Positions 1 through 14,261 of a stretch of DNA of 38,141 nucleotides are shown one piece after another. The DNA comes from Bigelowiella natans CCMP2755. Its lineage: Eukaryota > Protista > Cercozoa. How positions within the stretch are numbered: the stretch's first letter is position 1; each line of letters opens with the position of its first letter. The notes beneath the pieces are model-generated. The model saw only the letters and a list, made by a program, of their open reading frames with translations, did not search any database and was not told the origin of the DNA. The position numbers and the translations under genes were made by a program. The stretch covers positions 1 through 38,141 of the forward strand of contig ADNK01000491.1 in assembly GCA_000320545.1 (NCBI GenBank). Direction: 5' to 3'.

Positions 1-158
1 CACACTTACATGAAACGCATTTCTACGTTCAGGCAGTATATATCTTCATGCGCAGTCTACGCTCCCCGCATATATATATGATGTCTTCTTCGTCCTCCCC
101 ACCTCTATCGAATACACTCCTACAAACTCAGAGGACCGATTCGTTTAACACAGACACT

Positions 159-205
<47 letters not shown>

Positions 206-711
206 CATTCACTCATATCAGAACGACTTCCATGCGGTAACACTACGTTTTCTTTCTACGAAACGGTCGGGTCATCGATTGTTCTTCAGGCTGAATTCCT
301 ATCGCTTGAGGTTGGTAAAACAATTACCCTCACTGCCTGTGCACGAGTTAGCTCGACTTTCCCTCCTGTGGAAAAGTAGGAGGAGGAGGTGGTGGTGGAG
401 GAGGAGGAGGAAGAGAAAAGAGTGGGTGGGAGAAGCGATGAAGAGAAATGGGAAAATGCTGTTCGTTCGGATGTAGTAGGCCAGGATATATGTCCAACCA
501 AGCAAAAGTCAGCAGCCATTCATACGAAATCTAATGGCACATCATCATCATCATCATCGCCACCACCATTTCCTCCTGTCCATGGTATCAGTGGATTGAG
601 AGGCTTATCTTTCTCCTCCTAGGAGGGGGGAGGAGGGGTGATGAAGATTTCGTTTTTTAATGGGATGGGATGTACTGTCAACAGTAATGATAGGCTTGCT
701 CTCCACCCCCC

Positions 712-748
<37 letters not shown>

Positions 749-2078
749 TTTCTCGTACACGCGTAGGTGATGGTGTGTTCATAGCATCGATCGGATTATT
801 TGATCATCAGAGTACTACTATTACTGCTACTACTATTACCACCAATACCACTACCACTACCACTACCACTACTACTAGCTACCTTAGGTGGCAGAGGAAA
901 TGGAAGCATCCACATCAAATTAGGAATTCTGCTCAGCAGCAACTTCTTTCGCATCCTCGCATCATCCCACGTGTGAATACCTGCAGAGGTGTTGATAATA
1001 GCGATGGAGAGAAAGAAAGAGAGAAAGAGAGAGAGAGAGAGAGAAAAAGAGAGGACAAAATAGGGGGAGGCAGAGGAGGAGGAGGAGGATGAAGAATTGG
1101 AGGAGGAGGGGGAGGAGAAAAGGGAATAAGATAGAGACGTGAAAATAAAAAGGCATCAGATAAGAGGAAGAGCCCTTCGCACATATCCCATTTAACGGAT
1201 GAAAAATCGATGATAATAATGACAGATATGCCAATACGAACGACATGATACGAGATATCATGCTTGGGTTTGCATGTATTTTGAGAGAGAGAGTGAGAGA
1301 GAGAGAGATGGAAGAGAGCCATATTATTATTAATATTATTATCTTTATTTTCATATCATTGCGCATCGAAAGAGCAACAACTACTAAACCAAGCCCCCCC
1401 CCTCACCCCCCACCTTGTTCTGCCATCCCTACGTCATAAGTCTGAAAATCTTCCATATTCGCTGCTTGCATAGCTGAGATCAAGCTGGAAGAAGAAGACA
1501 ACAACGACGAGCAAAGGAGACAAGAGTAACAGTAAGTAGTAGTTGGAGAAGGAGGGAGAAGGAGGAGGAGGCGACGAGGAGTAATACGGAATGTTTGATG
1601 AAACTCTGAATGATTAACACTCTCTCGGATGATAAATTTAGTCCACCACCACCATTATGATCATCATCATCGTCATCGTCGATCATCATTGGCGTCTGAA
1701 TCGTCTTGCTTTGTTCTTAGTAGTAGTTGCTAGCATGACTGATCTACCTTCCATCATTCAGAGAGGAGTCTGCAAAAACAACAACAACAACAACAACAAC
1801 AACAAGAGTTTAATAATAATGATGATAGTGTGCATGGAGGGAGAGGAGGGAGGAGGAAGAAGAGCAGGAGGCAATTCAATCATCATCATCATTATCATCA
1901 TCATCATCGGCATCACCGCTTCCTATATCTCCTATGGTCAATCTCCTCTTTCTCTTCTTCTCTTCCTGTGCAGCTCCCCCCTCCTCCGCATCATCCATCT
2001 CCCCTGATTGTCCTGCCTCTTCGGACTTTAGGTCGATGTTAATGCCCTCAAGCGATGCCCTGCGAGAGAGAGGGGGGA

Positions 2079-2114
<36 letters not shown>

Positions 2115-2802
2115 ACAGGGAGTAAGGGGAGAAATGTATATTAAATCTCGATATTAGATAAAATCGAGGAGAATGTCACGCAAAGCGAACATCATATACG
2201 TAGTAGTTGTCAAAACAACGACGATGGACTTGACACCAACAATTTCTCTCTATATTTCATGCATTGACGTTGTTCGCCTCTTTCTTCGTTGCGTGTTCTA
2301 TTATCTATCGTGCTGCATTTTTGATCGTAATCACTCGCTCGACCAATTTCTTTTTTCATTTATTCGTTCGTTTAGATTCTCCTTCTTGTTCATTCTTCTT
2401 CTTTTTCGTGGTGGGTTGTTTTTATGATCATCGATGCAGGAGCACCACCACCATCAGCAGCACCTTGCTGAATTGGCTCTAGAGTTGTTGGCTGAGATGC
2501 TCATACGGCGTACAGACGAGAGGGAGTTTCTCTAAGAGTTATAATAATGATAACAATAATAATTATAATAATAAAAATGATAATAATGAAATATCAGCGA
2601 GAGGAGGAGGAGGAGGAGGAGGAGGAGGAGGAGGAGGAGGAGAACCTCACCAGTCGCGAGCAACAACAACAACAACGACAACGAGAGCAAAAGGAGCAGA
2701 AAGAGCATGCAGGTAATAGCAACTGCAGTTGTTCAACTGGTGCGTGGATTATACAACACAACACCCAGTCGAGAAGAGTAATCATCTATCTTGCTGCTAC
2801 GT

Positions 2803-2838
<36 letters not shown>

Positions 2839-3814
2839 AAGAGATATGATCTTTCTGGTGGAGATTATTCTTCTTTTGAATCGTTGTAGTAGCAGCAGCA
2901 GCAGTTGTAAATAGTAGCCTACCGCTTTATTCTTGAGCTTTCGGATGATGTTCCCAAATGTAGATTTTTTCTTAGTAATCGTCGCAGTTCTCTGGTCTGA
3001 GACATGATCGGCATATGCCTAATCACAGGAGGTGGGTGGGGGGTAGGTGAGTGTGCATCATCGCTACTGTAACGATAAACAAAAAATATAATTATGGTTT
3101 GCATTCTCCCCTTTATTTCATTCAACGTTATCCAACAACAACATTATCATCATCATCATCATCATCATCATCAATCCTCATCAATCATTATCGTCGTCGT
3201 CGTTGTCATCCTCGTTAGCTCAGTGACGTACATTTCGCTGCGCCGTCTTGACCAACTGAAGGAAACTGTCATTTTCCTCCACTTTGCGAAGGTATTCCAT
3301 TGCGTCTCTGAACTGCACTAACGCAGTCATCTCCAGGCTTACAGTGATCGCATAAGCTGACCGAGCAAAAATAATAATAAATATAATAATAATAATAGCA
3401 GCAATGATGACGGAGAAAAGACAAAGGCTGCTGCTAAAGGTGTTACATCTAAAAATGATAATAATGATAATAATGATAATAATAATAATATAAATAACAC
3501 TAGTACGACTGCTATTCCTACCAATAGCGATGGCCAAGGAGCTTACTCCAAATCCAATCTGGACACGTTACAAGTTATAGTAAGCACGCAAATCAAACAT
3601 CTGCGAACAACGTGTACTGTATGTGTGCATGTCATGTGGCGTGACAACAGGCCGGTCCTCCTCCTCATCATCATCATCATCCTTTTGACAAATGAAATAA
3701 CGACGACTACAATAACAACATTGGCTTAACTGCTGCTCCTTCAACAAACTATACTACTACTACTACTACTACAAACTACGACGACAACGATGACGACGAC
3801 GAAGAATAAGTAGC

Positions 3815-3851
<37 letters not shown>

Positions 3852-4112
3852 ATAGTAACCCATTCAGAGAACATAAAGACCGCTATGACACCTGATGAGT
3901 AGGTGAGGATGGATAAATAACGGAGGCGGGATGTATTCGCAACAACCACAAGGGAAAATTTCTACCGACACGGAGAGATGACAACGACGACGACGACGAT
4001 AATGATGATGATGATGATGATAATGGCGCTGTGACAATAGGATAGCACAACCAAGACAACCAAATTCGAAGCAGCAGCACATATAGTTGTTCACCTCTCC
4101 CTCCTTTCCCCC

Positions 4113-4157
<45 letters not shown>

Positions 4158-5940
4158 CCCATAGAAATGCCATCAGGGCCTCAAAGTAGATCGCATAGAT
4201 TCTATAGAAGAAGCATCGACGACGACGACGAAAAATGATGGATGATGACTTCGTATTAGTAGTAGCAACGGCAGACTCGTCAATCAATGACTTCTCGGAG
4301 TACTTTCACAGTCGTCGCATACATAAGAAGACCGAGAAAGAGGCCATTCCGCTACTACTACTACTACTACTGCTGCTGCTACTACTACTACTACTACTAC
4401 AATGGTAGTAAGCAGTACACAATCGTTGTTCTTCACCACTACTACTACCACCACCACGTAGTAGCGAATAGCACCTTTCATTGTCCGGCTGGATCTTACT
4501 GCCAGAATGAATGGCGAAGACCGGGAAAACGTTTGGCGAGGCCAGGTACGTCATCTCTTCTTTCTCGAACGAATCTCTGATGAAAAGCAGTAGCAGCTGG
4601 TGAGACGACAACAACAACAACAAGAGAACGCCAAGGAGCGATCGCAAAGGACAGATTGAGTAAGAATCATCTATACGAAATTGAAGTTGGAAAAGCTTTG
4701 CTAGAGCCGCAGCAGCGCACATCTATATTCATCACTAGTTGATGATTGGGCTGGTAGTAATCCCTCTCTCATTATTATCCTTTCGACTCTTGCTTGTCAC
4801 TTCTTTTGTGTAGTATATATAATCTGGTGTGCTGCCGACGTTTCTTGGTTGGTTACTGCTGTGATAGATGTCAATCAATTACTTGAAGTCCAGGTAGGAC
4901 GAGGCCACAAGCGAGATGAAAATCGCAGCCCAGACGAAGGAGAATCCTGTAATTAATTTTGATATTGTCGTTGTCGCTGCTGCTGCTGCTGCTGTGGTGG
5001 TGTTAAAAGTGCCAGTCCCAAGTAGTAGCACCACCGGTTTTCCACCGTGTGAATGCCGTTTCATTGTCATCAATGCATGTAGCAAACGCATCCACATACG
5101 CCGTTTACACAACACATGCAACAATACAGCACGTCAAAGCAGAGATAGGCATCATCATCAACAACATCATAGCGCCACGCTTAGTGTACCTAAGAAACCG
5201 TTCTTACTATTGATACCGACTCCGATTGCGAAGGCTACGATGGGGAGGGCACCGAGAGGCGGAGTTAGAGAGGAGGCAGAAGGGAGTAGAAGGGGATTGA
5301 TTCACCGTGAACATTCATACGTCATCATGAATAATGATAATGACCATTCCTTTAAACTATTATGGATTTTTTTTAATGTGTCCTATAGTCCTCCAATAAT
5401 TTTGTATCATCATCACAAGATAAGATCAAGTATTGCTGGGAAACATGTGTATTAATATGTATAATATTTATATATATATATATATATAATATATATTTGT
5501 TAGCCTTCTTAGTTCTCTCACCAAGGGCGAAGATGGCAATTGCAAGGTAGATGTAGGCGTCAAATGATATGTAGCAGCTTTATAGAAAGAAAGGGGACAT
5601 AAAGAAGAAGAGATCAAGTCAGAGATAAAGATGAGGTAGTGCTGAAGAGGCCTTCACCAAGAAAGGTTGTATCGCTCAAGAGCTTGTTTGGAGAAGGGGG
5701 GAGGGGGGGGGGAAGTGGGCTCCAAATATGTCGTCGTTCTCTCATGCAAATTCAACGGTTAGAGGAAATACAGAATGATGAGAAGCACAGGTAGTTGCAA
5801 GCACCCTCCATCACTAGTACTACCACCAACGTTACCCTGTCAAATAGCCTTGAAAGCAGTCGCAGCATTTATTCTAGGAAGAAGAAAAGCAGGAAGAAGG
5901 CCATCAGGCAGAGCACCACAATCAATCCCCGTATAAATAC

Positions 5941-5971
<31 letters not shown>

Positions 5972-6054
5972 CACATGCATGCCGCAATATTGTACAGCAC
6001 GAGGCAACAGGCTGCTGCTGCTGCATCATGCGACTCGTGTGTGCGTATGTAAAT

Positions 6055-6086
<32 letters not shown>

Positions 6087-6222
6087 CGTGATGGTGATGA
6101 TGATTGTGATGTGATACAGTAACGTTGATATGGCGACGAATTGTATTGGATAAATACCAGGTATTGCACTCCGCGATCAGAGAGAAAGTTACGAAGGACA
6201 TCTCTACATACATGCGTCATAG

Positions 6223-6277
<55 letters not shown>

Positions 6278-6486
6278 GGGGGGAGGGGGTGAGCGAGAAG
6301 ATAGACTAGAAAAATATTACTATCGATGATGTGGGGAAATGTACCAACGATGATATGGGAAACGGAGAAGCGAATATCCAAAAAAACACCAGGAGAGAAG
6401 AAAAATAAATAAAAGACACATCCCTTCTACCACTACCACTACTACCACTACTACTATTACTACCATCACCACAACTATAATCTCGA

Positions 6487-6531
<45 letters not shown>

Positions 6532-6542
6532 TAATATGTATC

Positions 6543-6577
<35 letters not shown>

Positions 6578-6604
6578 TATTTTTATATTGACAGGTGTTG
6601 GTCT

Positions 6605-6642
<38 letters not shown>

Positions 6643-6852
6643 ACCTCGGCGCGAATATGATGAGCAACACCGTGTATAGGACAATGAGAGAGAGGCCCGT
6701 GAACAATGACTGAGTAGTCGGGGAAGAAGAAAGAAACACCAAGGAAAAGGAAGAGGGGAAACCAGCAAGAGGAGGAGACCGTATTCAGTTGCTAGATATC
6801 GTCTTTGTTGGTGCTCTTCGATATTGGGTTCTTTCCTTCCCGCTATCCCCCC

Positions 6853-6895
<43 letters not shown>

Positions 6896-7018
6896 GTGTG
6901 TGGTTTGGCTTACGAAGAAAAGGAGGGCAGCCGCGATGAGGAAGATATAGAAGATCACAACGTTTACTGTGACCATGATTAGCCAGGGATCTTGCGTGCA
7001 TGAGGTTATACGGCGTTA

Positions 7019-7052
<34 letters not shown>

Positions 7053-7595
7053 CCACCTATGACGATGCTCTCTTCATTTTCCTGCGTCGTTCCTGAAGAG
7101 CTATTCGAGACTGATGACGATGGTGGTGGCGATGATGACGATGGCGGTGATGATAGTAATGACCGACAATGGTGCAATACGTTGTTGTTGTTTATAACTC
7201 TTACGAAATCTTTTCTTCACATTTATCATTATTAATTAGCACCTCTCTTTTAACAAATGCACACACAGAGAGTGATACGAAGGCGGCGCACAGCTTATCA
7301 CAAGCAACAGTAATACATGTCTTCCCTCGCCGATAATACTACCTTTGGAGTCGAGCTTGGTGTCAGCACTAGAATGTTGCTTAACATCATCCACTCTATC
7401 GCCATCATCATTGGTTTTCTTCTTTTGCCTCGACTGTGCTAGGATGGCCTGGATCATCGCCAGAATTACCACAAAAAACCATCAAGAGCAACGAAGCCAC
7501 GAAGAATGCACAATAATATCCGCATTAATATCATGATCTCACTGGTACCGTCGCGTAGTCCTCCCTTGCTTCTCCTCCTACAAAACTACCTAAAA

Positions 7596-7633
<38 letters not shown>

Positions 7634-7803
7634 TACTACCCTCCTCTTTTCGGTAAGCTTTTTCCTTTGTGCTTTGAACTTCTGGTCATCCTTAAATCTG
7701 ATGATATTACGATGACCAAAGTAGTACGTAGAGGCAGTAAGGGTTGGTAGTTGTGGTGGTGGTGACGATTGATTGATGGATGAATGGATGTAGTACGGTG
7801 TGA

Positions 7804-7836
<33 letters not shown>

Positions 7837-10800
7837 AAAGACACATAAGGCCTATTATTGATCGAAATACGGCAGCATATCACCATGACTCTCTCTGTAG
7901 AGAAGTACACATTGTTGTTCCGTGTAGCACTCAAAGGAGTGCATCATCATCATCATATTATCATCATCATCATCATCATATTATCATCATCATCATCATC
8001 ATCATCATCGCTTGCTACTCCCTCCCTCCCGCCCTCCCTCCCTGCGCTGAGGTTCACTGACTTGTACGCTGCGAATATAAGAGCTGAAAGCGACGGGAAC
8101 ATGAGGTAGTAGAACAAAAGTCCTAATGCACCCAAACCTAGCAACAACGCACACAATCGTGAGGAGGAGGAGGAGGAGAAGTGATGACAGTAACAGCAGG
8201 ATGTGCAGCAAAAAAGGCCTCTTGGAGACATGGTAACGTGAATAATAAGTAAGTATCTCGGGTAACTTTCATTCCGAATAACATCGATTTTTTCTTTGGA
8301 GTCGATGATGATTCTTGTCCTGTCACTGGATAAAAATCATCGACGATTTCCTTCGATGATGGGGTTGGTAGGTTGGTTGGTTATTGTTGTTGTTGTTGTT
8401 GTTGTTATCTGTGCAAATAAATAGCAGCATCGCTGCTTCATACTGTTCTCGCTGCGAAGCGTTGCCGTGAACAGCAGGATTGCGAAGAGAGTGTGGAAGA
8501 AAAGGGCAACAGCGGCCAATATCGGCTGGAACCAGGTAAACTCCAGGGTGTAAAACCTATAGCAGCAGCAGCAGCAAGAAGGGAAGGAGAAGAAGGAAGA
8601 AGAAGTAGAAGATGGTGATAATGATCAAGGGCTGTGGTTGGAATAATAATAGTAGGTAGAGAAAAAACCGCCACCAAAAGATGATACTGGTAAGTCAAAA
8701 TGATGATGATGATGATCCTGCTGCTGACTGGTTGGTTGTTGTCATGAAGGACGGTGTAGTAGTACCAGTAGTAGTGGTAGAGCATAGAGGTAGTTAAATA
8801 CAACAGACTACGACATTGAGAACAATTCCCCGTTATCACCCCGCCTCCCTCCCCATTTCCTCCATCATCATCATCGTCGGTCTGTCTCGTTCACTGACCA
8901 TTGCGCTGTGGGTAAGAATGCAAAAGCGATACTGTAGATCACGAAGGGAATGCAGTACCCCAGGAAGTCTGCATCGTCCGTTAGCCTGGTAGTTGTTGTT
9001 GTTGTTGTTGTTGTTTTTGTTGCAAAAAAGAAAACGTACAGGCAAAAAGGATGAGGAGGAGGAGGATCAGAGCAACTAGCACGTTTATTAAATACACAAT
9101 ATCTACTGCATATGATCAGAATGCAGTTGTTGTCACCCATCCTCATAAGCAACACCAGTCATTATGACCATCCACCACCACCACTTTCTTCTTCTTTTTC
9201 AATGTGTGGGAGGGAGGCTCACACACGGCGCATTCTTACCCAACAATAAGGCCGAACAGCCCGACGACAAAGAATTCAAGAAATCCCACGAGGAGGAGGA
9301 AGTAATCCTGCCTTGGCAGCCTTCGCATCCACCATAGAAACGAAGCAAGATAAGACAAGCAAAGGGAAATTAGTGGTACTAGTAGTAGTAGCAGCAGCAG
9401 CATGGGAATAATGTGGCGTCTTCAACGTTATAATGGGCGTTTCAACGAGTTAAATTCCCTTCTAGCCATGACTTTCTCAGTCGTATGATTCCTCTTAATC
9501 TCTCTCTCTCTCTCTTCTCTTCTCTTTCCCATCGTCTTTGCTGTGGTTGTGTATTACAACACCATCTTCATCATCATCATCATCATCATTATTATAATCA
9601 TCTCAGTGGAGTCGTCTCTAATATTATCGTCGCCCCCCCTCACCTCATGCGGAAAAGTGACCAACAGAACGGTGCGCAGGGTGGAGACCTGACAGCGTTT
9701 CGTTAGAAATAACTATCGGTGATGATGCCGGTGGTGGTGGTGGTGGCGGCAACAGACGGCAAAATTACAAAGAGACAAGAAATACTTTTACAGGACAGCA
9801 CAAAAGCGCCGTATGAACATTAATGTGTCGGTGGTTGGTAATTTTCTTAGGAAAATAAGCACAGAATCGCCGTCGATCTTTTCTTCGCTTATTATCTGCT
9901 GCGATGTTCGTCGTGCTGCTACGGCTGCTTGCTGCTGTGTGGTAGGTGAGAAAAGGCTGCAACAATGCTACTACTACCCACCTCCCTACCACTACTGTTG
10001 CTGCTAGTACTACCGATGTCGTGGATGCTGCACGAATTGAAAGTCATTCTCGGCCCACTTGACACAGTATAGCACTCCAAGATCGAAGGCCTTTCACAGT
10101 AGTTATCATCGATTAGTGCTAATAATTATCATCGTCATCTTCATCATCATCATCATGATTATCATCATCACGAACGAAGAAAGATCAACATAATAAGAGG
10201 GCATTTACAATATCTCTTTCTCCTTACCCCCTCTCCCTTTCCCTCTCCTCGCCAATCTTATCATCATCATCTCGTCAACTACTACAACTACTGCTACTGC
10301 TACTACTGCTGCTACTACCCAAGGAAAGAAGATGAACACGTTCATTGCGAAGACAGACGTAGACACGAGCCAGACTATCACACCCTTAGAAGAAGGAAGG
10401 GAGAAAGAGAAGAAGAAAACGGTCAGGGTTATGACATAAAAATGGAACAGCACAAGCCAGGAAGGGAAAGGGAAAGGGGGAGGAGGAGGAGGAGGAGGAG
10501 GAGGAGGAGGAGGAGGAAGTGAGAGGAAGTCTGAAGAACAAACACGTCCTATGTGCCAACAACAGTTGTATTGCAATATATCTCTTACTCCTCCTCCCCA
10601 AGGCAGCAACGAACACCGGTGGCAACTAATCATATCATGCCTTGGTATACACATCTCATCATCACTACTCACTCACCGCCAATGCTAGCCAGGTATTCTT
10701 TACAACCACCACGATTGCAATGAGAGGATCCACCTAGATCATTGTTATCATCCAAATTATCATCTTCTTATTCTTCTCTTCCCCTCCCTCTTCTTCGCTA

Positions 10801-10907
10801 TTCGAGAAGGATTTGTGCTTACGTCCGCTAACGTGTTCTCTCATTCAATGAAGTAGTAGGGGTAATACGCGAGATGTGTGTGTGATTAGATAACGACAAT
10901 GATTATA

Positions 10908-10941
<34 letters not shown>

Positions 10942-11096
10942 CAGAGCTACTCTACCACACTTCACCTCTCGTCCCCGGTTATTGAAGAACCTCCAAGTCG
11001 CGTAGGTAGCGGTCACATATGACGCCGTGAACAGAGAAATAATTCCTGTCGTTGTTGTGGTTGTTGTTGTTGATGATGATGATGGTGGTGGTGCGA

Positions 11097-11134
<38 letters not shown>

Positions 11135-12912
11135 GGGAGGCAGTAGTGACATTGAGTACAGAAAAGAGCTACATTGTCATAAAAGCACGTTGTGCAGCAA
11201 GCAATATGTTGTTTGATGCGATGTGATGATGATGTCCCTGTCATTCATTCGTTCGTTGTTGTCGCTGGTGCAACATACCTAATACCCACTGTGCATACGT
11301 TGCATTGACTTCGCTCACCGAAAACCGATCTTGAGCGACAGTGGCTGCTAGTGCGATGTCCAATGCGAACATCACCTGTGGTAGATGAATAAGCAGGAGG
11401 CAGCAGACGTCAATGATGGAGTATAAGTAGTAAAGGAGGAGACGAAAGATAATTGGGATCGGAGCCATGCACAAACAGCAGCATGGTGAGAATTAGGAAG
11501 AGATATAAGGATTTGCAGCTGCGTGCATTGGCTGCTGATGATAGGGTATCGTCTTTAATACAAACACGCACATACACACACAAAACTCGCCCGCACCGTG
11601 AATACAGCCAAGGCAAAGACTTCGTAGTACTCGGAGAAATAATGGCCGAACTGAGGGAAAGAAAGCAGAGAGAGAGAGACAGAGAAGAGAAGACCGGTTA
11701 TTTTACATGGAAATGCGTTGATGGCGATGATGACAGTGACGCGACAGTCTTTTCTCTCTATAAAGCCATCTATTCACTAGCGCCTGAAAGAAGAAGGGGA
11801 ACGAAGAAAATTTCCTTGTCGCACACGTACGGTGGGTGGGGCACGATTCCCTGGCTCAGCATTATCATCGTTATCATCATCATTATCATCATTATCATCA
11901 TCATCATCATTGTCATCATCCTCATCACCCTGGTGTTTTTCAATTGCCCAAGTCTCGACCGCTTCTGAAACTCTGCATGGCGGCAATGATCACGTGGTGA
12001 TAGTTAGCATGGTAGGAGGAGCGACGACAACGACAGTGTTGGTGACAGCTAGATAATGTATATTCCTACCACCACCATCACCTTGCATCAGAAAGACCCT
12101 TTCGGGCGACTGCTGAACGAACCCCAGCTTCTCTAAAATCCTCGTCTTTTCTCTCTTTACGCTCGTCGGTGGATTCAGCGCGTTTACAACCCCGATTCCT
12201 GTCGGTATTGACTTGATGATGATGATGATGATAATGATGATGATGCTGTGTGGTTTGTGGTAGACAACACGCAATCTGCTCGCAAAGCACGCGTCGTCTA
12301 CGTGCATGTCAAGTTTAAATAACTTTTGCCCATCCTCGCTTTCCCTGCTACTATTACTGCTACTATTACTACTACTATATTACCGATGAACACGGCGAAG
12401 ATCAGGAACACTAACGCGTGGCCGACAAAGTAATGTCGGTCCCCAAATATAACCAACAGTACCTTTCGTTTCAAGCCAAAAAAGGAGAAGATGAAGAAAA
12501 GGTAGAAGAAGAAGAAGAAGAAGAAGAGACAGATTCAAATTTCCCCCACAATAGCTATCATTGTTCTCCTTCTTCTCCTTATAGTTGCATCAACAGAAGA
12601 TGTGAAATTCACGATGATAATATAAATAATACCCTTGTGAAGATCATGACCCACACAGCATATAGCGGAGACTCGTATTTGTTGTTCAAGACTGCGCCGA
12701 GAATCGTGAGGTCAATCACAGCCACTGCAGCGGCTGAGGAGGAGGAGGAGGAGGAGGAGGAAGAGGAGGTCCACAAAAACAAACGTTTGTTGTTCCGTCA
12801 GCAAAGCACAGTACTAGTTGATAATCAACGGAAAATACGCGGAATGAAGAGCAAGTCCAATGTAAAAGGCTCACCACCATCGATGATCCATCACTCATCA
12901 TCCACTCACACA

Positions 12913-12955
<43 letters not shown>

Positions 12956-13096
12956 GGGGAGGGGGGAGGGAAAAGGGCGGGGGGACAGCGAGAAACGGTA
13001 TGCGTGTGCGCGAATGTGTTCGTTTTCCTGTCATAGTTGCTGCAAGATAACCTGTGATGAACGCGACAACCCCACGTGTGCCATCTGTGTGCGTGC

Positions 13097-13136
<40 letters not shown>

Positions 13137-13738
13137 CGACGCAGCAATAGTAAGCAGAGCCGATCATCCAAAGATGATCCAAAGCAAACACCACAGTGTG
13201 CGTGCAATAGGGTGCCGGACAAACAACACAGCAACAACAGAAGGAAGGGCGCTCGTCAGTTCTCGAAGTTGAACAAAGACGGAAATCTAGCCTTTGCTAC
13301 TAAAGAACCTCATAGACGATAGAGATGGTATTATTGCTAGGGTTGTTATAGTTTCATCATTGCCAAGTGTGTCGTATTCGTATCGTGGCTGTTTACCGGG
13401 TGCGAGGACTATACCACAGATGCCATAAGCTAGGAGACTCAAGCCCCTAATAAGATCATTAAATCAATCCTCAAATCAATCATCACCAACAATCACATAG
13501 GGGCAGTTATTTCTATCATCTTCCTTGAGTGACTCACCATATACTCAATAGGATGATGTTGATGGTAGAAAAGCCAGCTTGCCCAAAGTAAGGAACCTGC
13601 ATAACGATGACGACGACGATGATGATGATGATAATGATTGGCCATGGTGATCGATCATGATATCGACACGATAGAGAAGACTAAAATACATGAATCTAGT
13701 GCTCCCAGGGAAACGAATCGAAGAAAGATGAGCGAATA

Positions 13739-13782
<44 letters not shown>

Positions 13783-14049
13783 GCACTTGGGATAGAATTT
13801 GTTTCCGCTTGATAAATATTACTAGTTAGGCAGAGATCTATTATTGCTTTTGTTTAGCCCTACTATCTATCTATCTATCTATCTATCTACAGCTTTATGC
13901 TGTGGTGTAGTTGTACCCCTTCTTTGAACATCTTGATTCGCGATTCATTGGTGATATCAGGCCCGCCGCCCTATTTATAGCATGTATTTCGAGAATATAT
14001 ATTTCGCTATTAATCTTCTACTTGCACTCTTAGCTGCATAACGAACGAA

Positions 14050-14093
<44 letters not shown>

Positions 14094-14225
14094 CACACTC
14101 ACACTGCTGACGTTCACATCGAGCGCCTTTTCCTCTTGAAGGGTTCCTAACAATCCTGAAGATAGGAGAAAGTGAGGGAGCGATACAGATGATACGTGCT
14201 AAGATATTCCCATTGTCCTTAGAAC

Positions 14226-14261
<36 letters not shown>

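Noticed and set aside
13690-13740. Candidate exon LFAHLSSIRFPGSTRF in the DEK1-like gene
   Set aside because: The flanking exons join in phase without it (FKEG|VPYFGQ), so it is not needed for the model.
48-14000. Dozens of 60-210 aa ORFs on both strands rich in poly-S/H/I/E/T and ERER/CVCV/YIYI (e.g. 12418-13050, 4916-5455, 11453-11968)
   Set aside because: They are translations of intronic microsatellites or antisense to the DEK1-like exons, with no coherent domain.
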